Of a DNA stretch of 64,000 bases, positions 25,443-37,989 are shown in pieces. Source of the stretch: Eledone cirrhosa (taxonomy: Eukaryota); contig OZ024754.1 in the NCBI GenBank assembly GCA_964016885.1, forward strand, positions 39,866,001 to 39,930,000. The letters are read 5' to 3'. The notes under the pieces are model-generated. The model was not told the DNA's origin. It searched no databases and saw nothing but the letters and a program-made list of their open reading frames with translations. The stretch's first letter is position 1; each line of letters opens with the position of its first letter. Both the position numbers and the translations under genes were made by a program.

Positions 25443-25651
25443 AATATATAAACAACCATCCAACCAAAAATTTATAATAAATTAGAGTGAAAATCACCAG
25501 GTGCGTGTGTTTTTATTGGCAACATGACCCTCCCAGAAACTAATATTAACATTTTGAACTGCCTCTTCGCTCCCACATTGTTTTTTTGATTTTGCTTACT
25601 GTCTCAACTATAATATATATATATATATATATATACACTCACACACATATA

Positions 25652-25704
<53 letters not shown>

Positions 25705-25748
25705 TTCTATTTATATATATATATATGTATGTATATATGTATATATAA

Positions 25749-25785
<37 letters not shown>

Positions 25786-27784
25786 TATACTCATATACAT
25801 ACACATATATATATACACTTTAATGTCTCTTTAAAGACATTGCTGTCACCCATCATGATAGAGCCTTAATTACAGTATATCTTTTTTAAAAAGTCTGAGG
25901 TGTTCAAGACTTGCGCTCATAGGTGTACTTTATCTGGATTGACCTTGTCTAAACAACAACAACCACAACCACCGCAACAACAATTGCACTTTCAAGAACC
26001 ACTGATCTGTTTTATCTAAGTTTACAAAGAATGGATGTAAATAGAAACATTTCGCTGGTCACTGTCATTTCTTATTCACAATATGTGCACTTAAGTGGAA
26101 ATAGATATTCACTGGAATTTATCCTTCTAACATTATAATGCCAGATTATCATTGTCTGAGAACACATGAGTTATTTATTATGGTAAGAGACCTTGCCTGG
26201 ATGCTTACCAAGGTTACAATACAGCTGTTAAAGTTATTTCATTGACTGTGACCTTTGTCGATTGTGTTTACTTATTCAGGCATCTCAAAGACCTGTGTGC
26301 GGTCGATATACTCAACCCATGTTGGCCTTTGGGGTTACTTAACAATAGTTAAGATGCCCCCAAACCAATGAGGAGAACGTCTATGGCCTCAAGTGGGATA
26401 TATTTGATGATGTTTCCTCTTGTTGGTCCTTACTATTCAGCGTTCTCAGATGATAGATTTAATCCATTGCCTGGTTTAATATCACGACGGGTGCCATGAT
26501 AAAATACACCCAGTACACTCTGTAAAGTGGTAGTGTTGGTGCCATGATAAAATACATCCACCCGACTCTGTAAAGTGGTAGTGTTGGTGTTAATAAATTG
26601 CATTCAGTCCACTCAGAAAAGTGGTAGTGCTTGTGCCATGAGGAAAAGCACTCAGTTTGCCCTGTAAGGTGGTAATTCTTGTGCCACAACAAAAAGCAGT
26701 TTACCACATAAGATGGTAGTGCCGGGGTTACAATAAAATGCTCTGAGTAAATGCTGTAAAGTGGCTGACTTTAGGAAGAGCCTCCGACTGTAGGAACAAA
26801 ACCAAAAACAGAGGATATGAGCAAGTAATAGTCATCTGACCTGTCTACCCCCAGTATGTGATAACCCATGCAAGCCTGGAAAATAGACATTAAACAGTGA
26901 TAATCATTTCATCCTTGGATACTTTTAACAGAGTTCATTCTGGATAGCTTCCTTCTTTTACTGTAGCAGTCTCAGAGACCCTGAAAAAAATTAGGGTGAC
27001 TGGACATGGGTACTACCCCTCCCTCCCTGCATAAATAGTAAAAAATGTAAGTAGAAATAGCAGTCAAATCATCCTCAGATCACAGCCTATCATCTTAGAA
27101 AAGGATACATAGTTGTTTGGTGAAAAAGAAGAATAGTGAGAGATGGGGAGAGCGAGAGAGATGGGGAGAGTGAGAGAGATGGCGGCAGTGAGTGAAAGAG
27201 AGAGATGGGGAGAGTGAGAGAGATGGAGGCAGTGAGTGAAAGAGAGAGAATGTCAATGTCCACATGCACACAATCATACTCATATCACCACAACTAGCAA
27301 CAATACTTACACTCACATGTGGTCAAGCCAGTTATCATTAGCTGAAATACATTTGATCATAGGTTTGCTTGTTCAAGGCTGACCTGGGGCTAAACAACAA
27401 CAGCATAATGCCAGCTTCAGAATCTGAGAAGTTAGTAGCCCCACTTGAGTACTGACTTGGTCTTTGGTGGCTCATCCAACCCTTATTAACAGGGAAACAG
27501 ATGTTAAATGATGATAATAATGATTCAGGTTTTGTCTGCCAAATTACACTCAGAAGCACAACCGCCTTGCAAGCACTCAGTTCATCATGTAAGGTGTTAT
27601 TGCTGGAGTCGCAATAAAATGCTCCCAGTACATGCTGTAAAGTGGTTGGTGTTAGGAAGGGCATCTAACTGTAGAACTCATGCTCCCAGTATATACTGTA
27701 AAGTGGTTAGTATTAGGAAGGGCATCCAGCCATAGAAACTAAGCCAAAGCAAAGCTTGTTTTATCTGTCCTTTTTCAAAAGAAT

Positions 27785-28240
27785 CAACAGAAACTCAAAA
27801 CTGTTTGATTCGTCTTTTCTCAACAGAAACTCAAAACTGTTTGATTCGTCTTTTCTCAACAGAAACTCAAAACTGTTTGATTTGTCTTTTCTCAACAGAA
27901 ACTCAAAACTGTTTGATTCGTCTTTTCTCAACAGAAACTCAAAACTGTTTGATTCGTCTTTTCTCAACAGAAACTCAAACCTGTTTGATTCGTCTTTTCT
28001 CAACAGAAACTCAAACCTGTTTGATTCGTCTTTTCTCAACAGAAACTCAAAACTGTTTGATTCGTCTTTTCTCAACAGAAACTCAAAACTGTTTGATTTG
28101 TCTTTTCTCAACAGAAACTCAAAACTGTTTGATTCGTCTTTTCTCAACAGAAACTCAAAACTGTTTGATTCGTCTTTTCTCAACAGAAACTCAAACCTGT
28201 TTGATTCGTCTTTTCTCAACAGAAACTCAAACCTGTTTGA
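27785..28240. repeat. 36-bp tandem repeat, ~13 copies
   Basis: Unit caacagaaactcaaaactgtttgattcgtcttttct. It explains the 12-aa periodic ORFs in three frames. Confidence 0.97.
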
Positions 28241-28966
28241 TCCATCTCTTCTTGACAGAACACAGCCAGAACAGCTGTCTACTCATTTACTCTTCACATA
28301 AAATTTAACCATGTTGGAATTGGTCATTATCAACTCTGGTTTCACCTAGTCATAACAATACATGTTTCAACAGAATGATTTGCCATGGCTCGATTCCCTT
28401 AGGATAAAACTATATTAATTCTCTTTAAAATTAGCCCAGCAAAAGTTTCAACTAACTTTAACAATAGGCATTGATTGAACAAGATATTGATTTTTTATAT
28501 GTTGTTTCTATTAGATTATAATTTACATATGTTGATTTCCTTTAAAATTATCTCAGCAACAGTTCCCATTCACATCACGAACCCAAAATAATATATCTAT
28601 AAAATTTCTTCTTCAATATGTTTAACTCAACCTTGTTTTATTTACTGTTGTCATTGGAAATTGTTACTTTTCCTTATCCTTATCAATTACCTTGAAATCT
28701 ATAATTAATAAATTTCAGAAGTAAAGACCTTAACTTTGTACCTCTGAGGCAGGTCGAGGTCGATATTCCTGGTGCTACTTAGAAAATAAAAGAAGGATGT
28801 TATGTATAATTAATCATAATTATTATCATCTGTATAAGTCTCAGATATTCTACAGTAACATTGGGCTTATGTATTCCTGTTGTGTGACTCTATATATATA
28901 TTTATATCCAATCACCCTCTCCTTCTCTGTATATATATATATATATATATAGTTTTAATATAGATG

Positions 28967-29017
28967 AGATTCTACAGGACTAGAACTGTTTCATTCATTA
29001 GAAATCATCAGGAATCT
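28967..29017 (-). ncRNA. Type I hammerhead ribozyme with 4-bp stem III
   Basis: Minus strand: AGAUUC-CUGAUGA-U-UUC(uaau)GAA-U-GAAACAG-uucuaguc-CUGUA-GAAUCU. Stem I is 6 bp, stem III is ACAG/CUGU, triplet GUA. The 10.1-11.1 pair is a U-U mismatch. Confidence 0.7.
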
Positions 29018-29122
29018 GGGTATCAAAAAATAAAAATGGTATTTATAGGTCTCTACAAGTGGTAGGAGAGGGTGGGGAGTGGGATGGGTGCAGGTCATTG
29101 GTTGATTCAACCCGGAATAACG

Positions 29123-29156
<34 letters not shown>

Positions 29157-29184
29157 TATCATCATCACTACCGTTTATATATGA

Positions 29185-29236
<52 letters not shown>

Positions 29237-29299
29237 TCATCATCATCATCACCGTTTATATATATGTGTGTGTGGTGTGTATATGTGTATGTATGTATG

Positions 29300-29333
<34 letters not shown>

Positions 29334-30002
29334 TATATATGTGTGTGCGTGTGCGTGTATGTACGTGTGTGTGTATATGCGTATGTATGTGTGTGTGCGT
29401 ATTTTGTCTGTGGTCTGTGGTGTATGTATGTGTGTTTTTGTGATAAAGAAGTTGCTTGCATACTTAATTAATGTAGTAAACCAAAAGATTTTAATTGATT
29501 AAAATTATCCCTGTATTAATAAGGACAACCATTCCATCTGTTGCGAACTCTGGTGAAAAAAACAAGGGAAATAACCTCGGCATTTTAATTCATTAAATAT
29601 AGAATGTAGTGGGTCAAGGGTTGCTTTCTTTTTTCTTTTTTTCCGTTTTTTTTTCATCTAATAATAAAGCTAACTGACTTAATTTATCTTTTTCCATTCT
29701 CATTTGTCTCTCATTCTGGTTTCTTACCTTTTTTTCCTTTTCCAATTTCTCTTCCTATCTATCTATCTATAAATACATTTCTCTACCTATTTATAAATAT
29801 CTCCCCTCTCTCTTTATCAATTTATATATCGTTCTCTTTACCTTGTCTATATACAGAGTATATATATATAGACATATAGATATAGATAGATAGATACGCA
29901 CACATATTTATATATATATATATATATATATAGACATATGAACTCTATATATAGACATATATGAACTCTATATATAGACATATAGGAACTCCATATATAG
30001 AC

Positions 30003-30052
<50 letters not shown>

Positions 30053-30075
30053 TAAAGCCGAAGCTTTCTAAAATA

Positions 30076-30162
30076 CACGCGGGCCATCACTTGAAAACGT
30101 GCTCGAGCTAGCCTGACCATTCTCAGCCACGCCTTCTTGTCCATATATAGAAAAGCACCAAT
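30076..30162 (+). promoter_or_regulatory. E-box-like cluster (CACGCG-6bp-CACTTG, AACGTG) plus CCAAT
   Basis: CACGCG 30076-81, CACTTG 30088-93, E'-box AACGTG 30096-101 and CCAAT 30158-62, in a CpG-containing unique island upstream of the CIPC-like gene. Confidence 0.4.
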
Positions 30163-30573
30163 CAGCTAGCGCTCTGTATACCACTATCTGAATATCTTTG
30201 TTTGTATATATATATATACACACACATATGCGTGAATATATCTCCATGTATGCGTACATATATATATATATCTATCTATATATAGATGCATGTGTATATA
30301 TATACACATGCAAATTCCCCGGATATTATATCTGGGAACCTGTAAGTATGCGGCGTATATTTGGAAATCTATATATATACTTGTGTGCGTGTGTAGAAAT
30401 ATATCTGGGAATGGAAATGTGTATATAGGTGTGTGTACGAGTATAGCTCAGATTCTATAAATAAATATGTATATATATGTATAGATATTTGTGTATAAGA
30501 GAGTGTGTGAGAATCTGTATACGTATATGTGTGTATATGAGTGTACGGTTTGTGGCTGAGCCATGCGACAATT

Positions 30574-30591
30574 CACGTGTTAGGTAGCGTG
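30574..30591 (+). promoter_or_regulatory. Canonical E-box CACGTG with an E-like half site 6 bp downstream
   Basis: CACGTG 30574-79 and AGCGTG 30586-91. A TATTTAA follows at about 30632. Confidence 0.4.
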
Positions 30592-30817
30592 GAACACTCG
30601 CACCTCCCTTCTCTTTCCTCCATCTCTCATCTATTTAACTCCTCCTCTACTTCCCTCTCTTCGCTATTGTTTATTGTTGGTTTCCAATGTATAATATTTA
30701 TTTTTATCCTACTGACTCCACCACACACACGGAAGCTTCTGTTCTATTTTTTTCTCTTTGCCCTTTCTTTCTTCGTTTCGTTTCGTTTTCTTTTTTTTTT
30801 CTTCATTTTATTTTTGC

Positions 30818-30851
30818 TTTCTTGATGAAGGCCACTGTCCGAAACGTTGAA
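30818..30851 (+). ncRNA. Degenerate minimal hammerhead (Penelope 3' end remnant)
   Basis: UUC-UUGAUGA-AGGCCACUGUCC-GAAACGUU-GAA, followed by AAUAAA at about 30872. C3 is mutated. Confidence 0.45.
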
Positions 30852-31366
30852 TTTTCTCCCACTTCTAACCGAATAAAATTAATATTCCTACGCCTAACCT
30901 TGTACTCTTGTTTGTTTTGTTTTCTTTTGTTGCTTTTGTTACTGTTGTTGTTGGTTTGTCCCTGAAACTGTTTTGGACACACACACATACACACACAAGC
31001 ACACATACCCACACACGCACACACATACAAGCACATATGCACACACAGAAGCACACACATACACACACACAAGCACACATACATACACACACAAGCACAC
31101 ATACATACACACACACATTCACACACGCGTGCACACAGCCATTCTTATATACAAGCATGTAGATCTTATTTATAGCTACGTACACAGTTGTGAATACGTA
31201 TTGATAAATACACACACACACACAGATATTCATATGTTATTATATACACACTTGTGTAGAGAAACATGCATACATTCACTGCAGGCACACATGCAACGAA
31301 TATATACACCTTGCACTTAAATACTTAAATACTTGCACACACGCAGATAGATACACATACACACAG

Positions 31367-31437
<71 letters not shown>

Positions 31438-31608
31438 GAAAGATAGATAAATAGATATATTTCTTTATTAGTTACAAGATAAATAGATGGATAGATAGCT
31501 CGCATTTGTATTTGTACTCATATACATACACATGTAAACATGTTCACATACAGCATCCGATTGCACATAGACAATACATAACTATAAAACATTGCACACT
31601 CACACACA

Positions 31609-31691
<83 letters not shown>

Positions 31692-31959
31692 GCTGATAGA
31701 TAGATAGTTGCATATATACCACATCGAACGAAACATTTGCACATTGCACACCCACACCTAGGTTGCACGCACGAATGCACACTTTGCACACACACATACA
31801 CACACACATATATACACACACATACACACACACACACACACATTGCAGATGCATCTGTGAAGAAGAGAGAGAGAGTAGATGTATTTCGTCCACCATCATC
31901 ATCACCACCGCAGTCATCATTAGCATAACTTTTGCCGAACTCTTGCCTCTCCTCCTCTC

Positions 31960-32497
31960 TTGCATTGCTCTGCAGTAGTAGTAGTAGTCGTGGTGGCAAT
32001 CGTTGCAAGTTGTTGCGGTTATTGTTATTGCACAAAGTAAACATAGCTAGTAAAGGCTGGGTTGTTGAATAAAAGTTAAAAGCATCACATCCACTACTTG
32101 TGTATATATATATATATCAATATATATATATCAATATATATATACACACATATATATATCAATGGGGAAGGGGTATATAAAGTAGGACAAAAGAAGCCAA
32201 GACTAAGTAATGCAAAAAAAAAAAAATAGTGTTAAAGCGACTAAAACACTATCTTTATCATCGTTTGTGTTGTTGTTATCACCACAATAATAACAAACAT
32301 AACACCATCGTTGTTATCGTCGTCGTTATCATTGTCAACAAGGAGTGTGGTTTACATATATTCACACATATTCAGAGAAGTTGGACTACCAAACGCATTA
32401 AGACAAACGTTGAACTATGTTATTCGCTGTAAACGGATGTGTTAGAGTTGTGAAAACTAGAATACCGAACTTACTTAACCACAAAGAACCAATTTAA
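31960..32497 (+). other. Putative non-coding 5' exon of the CIPC-like gene
   Basis: Mostly unique sequence ending in a perfect donor AA|gtaagt (32498), upstream of the acceptor at 39935. The 5' boundary is a guess. Confidence 0.4.
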
Positions 32498-32536
32498 GTA
32501 AGTAAAATCCTTGTTTTAATTAAATTTCTTCAGTTT

Positions 32537-32605
<69 letters not shown>

Positions 32606-32680
32606 CTTAAAGAATGCAACCATTACTGTTGGAAGCTCCCGGATATATATATATATATATATATATGAATATATATATCC

Positions 32681-32746
<66 letters not shown>

Positions 32747-32924
32747 ATATACGTATGTTATTGTTTTCAAGGGTGGGGTACTATATGCAATCTTCATTCA
32801 AAGCACTTTTTGATGTTGTGGTGTTGATGCATACTTTACCTGCAGGGACACACTCTCAAGCGAGAATTGGACCCTTTGAGGAAAAAAAAAAACAAAAAAA
32901 CTCATTACTTTTTATTCTTGTATG

Positions 32925-32958
<34 letters not shown>

Positions 32959-33786
32959 TTCAGAGTTTTTATTTTTTGTTCCTTGTTGTTCTGGGTGCCA
33001 TAAGTAATATGTCCAATTTATGATGCGATATATTCTCACTGTTGGGGGTCTTCCAGGGATTAGATCCCTGCTTTACGATTGTTTTTATGAGGGTTTTAGA
33101 TTTCCTAATGATGCTTCGTAAGAAGGAATTTTGTAGTTTTTGCCTAGCATAGCCCTTTAATTTCATGGGGGGGCTCCTTACATACGTAACGTAACTTCCT
33201 CTTTAATTTTTTTTTTCAATTCTTCATTCAACTTATCTTCACATCATTCGTGACAGATTTCGAGGTTTGCTTTCGAAAAGTCTCACAATTCTATATATAT
33301 TCCCCCTGTTGTTCTTTAACTCCAAGCCAGCCTTCATTAAGCAAACCTATGACCAAATGTAATGTAGCCGTGACATTTACTTTGCTTCTTTGTTTATTTG
33401 TTTCTTCAAAAATAGTAAACTCCTAACTCTATTATACAATGTGTCTTCGTTTTATTTTCAAGACGACCGGGCAGGGTAAAATTTGACGGAGATTTCGCTG
33501 CTATTTCTTGCAGGTTTAATGACCGCATAGAGGCTACTTCGTTATATATATATTTCTGTGGCAAATCCCTTCTATCTACCCTGAACCATTGTCCCATACA
33601 TGCATATATATGCATGCACATGCAGGCTACACATGCATATGCTTATGCACACACACATATATATATTTGCATATGTTTGTATGTGTATATATATATACAT
33701 ACATACATACATACATATACGCATTGATGTTTATATGCACGTCTATACATTTGCACATATGTTCATTCATGCTGCCGGATTAACAA

Positions 33787-33802
33787 TTACATAAAGCACG
33801 TG
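33787..33802 (+). promoter_or_regulatory. Adjacent D-box (TTACATAA) and E-box (CACGTG)
   Basis: TTACATAA (reverse complement TTATGTAA, PAR-bZIP/VRI site) 33787-94 and CACGTG 33797-802, in the putative first intron of CIPC. May lie inside a decayed MITE. Confidence 0.35.
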
Positions 33803-35181
33803 CTCAGGGCGCCAACAGAAAGGACACCACAATGTTTTTGTATTTTTTTCCCACTGCCGGATTAAATACGATGCAGATGGAGAATTCTAGCAGATGTGTT
33901 TGGAGGTGGGGGTAGTGGTAATGAATGAAAAAAAAAAGGGAAGGGTTGAAAATTAACATTTCCCCTTTGTTGCTCTAGTCACAATTAAGTAAGTGATGTT
34001 GCTTACTACGAATTCCTTTTAAATAAATAAAATTTAAAAGCGGGTTTACCGAGAATTATTATAAAATTATTATAAAATTACGAACGAATTCAATGTGTTT
34101 CATATAGTTGTGAGTTTTGGGGCACCTGGAAGAAAATTGAAATATTCAGCACCCATGTTAATTGGACAATGGAAAACTCGAAGGGGCAGCATTGATGCAC
34201 TATGCTTAGGGCACCCGTTTGTCTTAAACCGGTCTTGCACACACTACGTATGCACACACAAGCATATTGACATTCATGCTTATTTTGCATATGCATACAT
34301 TTTTGCTTGTACACACACACACATACATCACATAAGTCAAGGAGGGTGCCCGCAATGCAGGTCCTCTACCTGCTAGAAACCGTAGCTAAATTTAGAAACC
34401 CGCCTTCAAACGAATGCAGGCGTGGCTATCTGACCAAGGAGTTCGCTTCGTGGATGTGTTGCTCTGAGTTCGTCACACATGCTTATGTATGTGCATCGCT
34501 GTGTGCATATGTGCGTATTATTTGATACATTTGGCGAAAATTTGCCTATAAATCGGTGCGTCGATCAACAAGATACCTTGTAATATATATTTCACCCGAG
34601 TTGCACATACTCTCCCCCCCCCTCTCTCTCTCTCTCACGCCGTATGATATGTAGTGAAAGCTACAACTTACGATGCTATTGTTTACAAATTAAAAACAAG
34701 TGTGTGTGTGTGTGTGAGGGGGGGGGGGTACATTGGACGATGTAGTCACTGGTATGCAAAAGGGCGGGATGGGTACGAATGGAGCGCCTGTAATTATAGT
34801 TCCAGATGATTATTAGATCAGGGCTGCTCCAGGGTCATGCAACAACATGTGTACATACATACACACATATATATACACAACACACACACACATACATACA
34901 TAGATGCATGCATACATACATGCATGCATTCATGCTTAAACATGCGCATACATACATACATACATACATACATACACACACATTCGTGGTTATACACATG
35001 CACATGCATACGCACATTCATGTTTAAACATATGCACGTATATATACCCATATATGTACATGTATACAAACATATATTAGAATGCATAAAAACGACGTAT
35101 ACAGTGCAGATATATTTATATGTGTGTGTGGTGTTTGCGTATGTGCGTGTTTGCATATGTGTATGTGTGTACATATGTGCG

Positions 35182-35211
<30 letters not shown>

Positions 35212-35216
<5 letters not shown>

Positions 35217-35408
35217 AACGAGTAGGACCCCGACGGCTGAGCTCAAGCCGTTTCGACGGGGCTAATTCCGGACTGGATTAGCCGTCGAAACGGCTTGAGC
35301 TCAGCCGTCGGGGTCCTACTCGTTCCTATTACCCATTCTACTACCCTAAGTATTGAGTACTTTGGTGCGTTATGGTCCACCTGGTTCCTTAGCACATTTC
35401 CTTTGTTA
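35212..35408 (+). mobile_element. GC-rich fold-back element in (TA)n with the 3' half of a hammerhead
   Basis: Near-perfect inverted repeat 35212-35329. The forward arm has GAAAC-GGCU(ugagcuc)AGCC-GUC. Relatives at 54478-54630 (minus) and 44868-44985. Confidence 0.75.
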
Positions 35409-35439
35409 TATATATGAATATATATATATGCATAAACAC

Positions 35440-35688
35440 TTGTGTATATGTGTATGTGTGTATATATGTGTGATATATATATATATATATGCACTCACAC
35501 ATGTACATATGTGTGTATGTGTGTACATCCAGGGCCGTATTAACAGAGGGCAAAGCAGGGCACTGGGGCCCCTACCTACACAACAACTCACAGGAATAAA
35601 AATACAAATGGGCCCTCTATCCTCCTGGGACCCCCGGGCAACTCTCCAGCGTGCCCATGCGTTAAGAAGCCCCGTGTACATATGTGCG

Positions 35689-35757
<69 letters not shown>

Positions 35758-35855
35758 TACTTGTATACATGTGTATGTGTGTACATATGGGCGTTATATA
35801 TATATATATACATGCACACACACTTGTACATATGTGTATGTGTTATATATGTGCG

Positions 35856-35894
<39 letters not shown>

Positions 35895-35930
35895 TACTTG
35901 TATATATGTGTATGTGTGTACATATGTGCG

Positions 35931-35980
<50 letters not shown>

Positions 35981-36325
35981 GCACACACACTTGTACATAT
36001 GTGTATGTGTTATATATGTGCGTTATATATATATATATATATGCACACATACTTGTATATATGTGTATGTGTGTACATATGTGCGTTATATATATATATA
36101 TATATACATGCACACACACTTGTACATATGTGTATGTGTTATATATGTGCGTTGTATATATATATATATATGCACACATACTTGTATATATGTGTATGTG
36201 TGTACATATGTGCGTTATATATATATATACATGCACACACACTTGTACATATGTGTATGTGTTATATATGTGCGTTATATATATATATATGCACACATAC
36301 TTGTACATATGTGTATGTGTGTACA
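35440..36325. repeat. Higher-order repeat of two alternating units separated by variable (TA)n
   Basis: gcacacatacttgtatatatgtgtatgtgtgtacatatgtgcgtta(TA)n alternating with catgcacacacacttgtacatatgtgtatgtgttatatatgtgcgtta(TA)n. Confidence 0.9.
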
Positions 36326-36434
36326 TTTATATTATTTATGTATGTGCACATGTTCATATGTTTGTGTGTAAGTGTTATACTGAATGCGTAATCAACTTCA
36401 AACACGTTACAAATACAATTACATTACATTAACT

Positions 36435-36483
<49 letters not shown>

Positions 36484-36779
36484 CACACGCACACACACAC
36501 GTATGTATGTGTGTGTGCGTGTGTATGTATGAATGAAGAAGGAATAGAGGAATGTTTATATACCGCTGTATGTGTATGTCGTTCACTGTGTGACACTTTA
36601 ATCTATCGTCACCACCACCGCCACCACCGTCACCACCACCACCACTATCACCAAACACCGCCACCACTATCACCACCGTCACCGTCACCACCACCACCAC
36701 CACTACTATCACCACCACCACCACCAACAACAACAACATCATCATCAGCAGCAGCATCTTTCCCATGTCATCACTTACA

Positions 36780-37555
36780 GCATCAAGCCACCACTGCTCC
36801 ACCACTGCTCCACCACTCCAATCACCACCACTAGACTGCACCACCACCTACACTGCATCAAGCCACCACTGCTCCACCACTAGACTGCACCACCACCACC
36901 TACACTGCATCAAGCCACCACTGCTCCACCACTAGACTGCACCACCACCACCTACACTGCATCAAGCCACCACTGCTCCACCACTAGACTGCACCACCAC
37001 TGCTCCACCACTCCAATCACCACCATTAGACCGCACCACCACTGCTCCACCACTCCAATCACCACCACTAGACTGCACCACCACCACCTACACTGCATCA
37101 AGCCACCACTGCTCCACCACTAGACTGCACCACCACTGCTCCACCACTCCAATCACCACCATTAGACCGCACCACCACTGCTCCACCACTCCAATCACCA
37201 CCACTAGACTGCACCACCACCACCTACACTGCATCAAGCCACCACTGCTCCACCACTAGACTGCACCACCACTGCTCCACCACTCCAATCACCACCATTA
37301 GACCGCACCACCACTGCTCCACCACTCCAATCACCACCACTAGACTGCACCACCACCACCTACACTGCATCAAGCCACCACTGCTCCACCACTAGACTGC
37401 ACCACCACTGCTCCACCACTCCAATCACCACCATTAGACCGCACCACCACTGCTCCACCACTCCAATCACCACCACTAGACTGCACCACCACTGCTCCAC
37501 CACTAGACTGCACCACCACCACCTACACTGCATCAAGTCACCACTGCTCCACCAC
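36780..37555. repeat. CAC-rich composite minisatellite
   Basis: Shuffled modules caccactgctccacca / ctagactgca / ctccaatcacc / cctacactgcatcaagc. Confidence 0.92.
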
Positions 37556-37989
37556 TACCACCACCACTACAACTATCACTACTGTCACCAGCTGCACCAC
37601 CACCACCATCATTATTATAGACTGCACTGCCATTACCACTCCAATCCTGCCACCAACAGCACCACTCCACCACCACTCCAGCTGTCATATGCAGTGTCAC
37701 CACCACCACTAGCTCCATCACAATACATACCCCCCCCCCCCCCCTACACTCACTCAGTAATATACATACACGTACTCAAACATACACTCCCACACTCAGT
37801 AACACATACACATACTCAGTAACACACATACACATACTCAATAACACACACACATACACAGCAACACACACATACAGTCATTCAATACTTCAATATGCTG
37901 ACCCCCCCCCCCCCCCCCCCCCCCCCCCTTCCCCCAGCAGATTGTGTCATTATCAATATGGTTGTTTTGTTGTTTGGGGTGTTATTTGA

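Noticed and set aside
27756-28308. 181/167/152-aa repeat-protein ORFs
   Set aside because: By-product of a stop-free 36-bp tandem unit open in three frames, with no splice or homology support.
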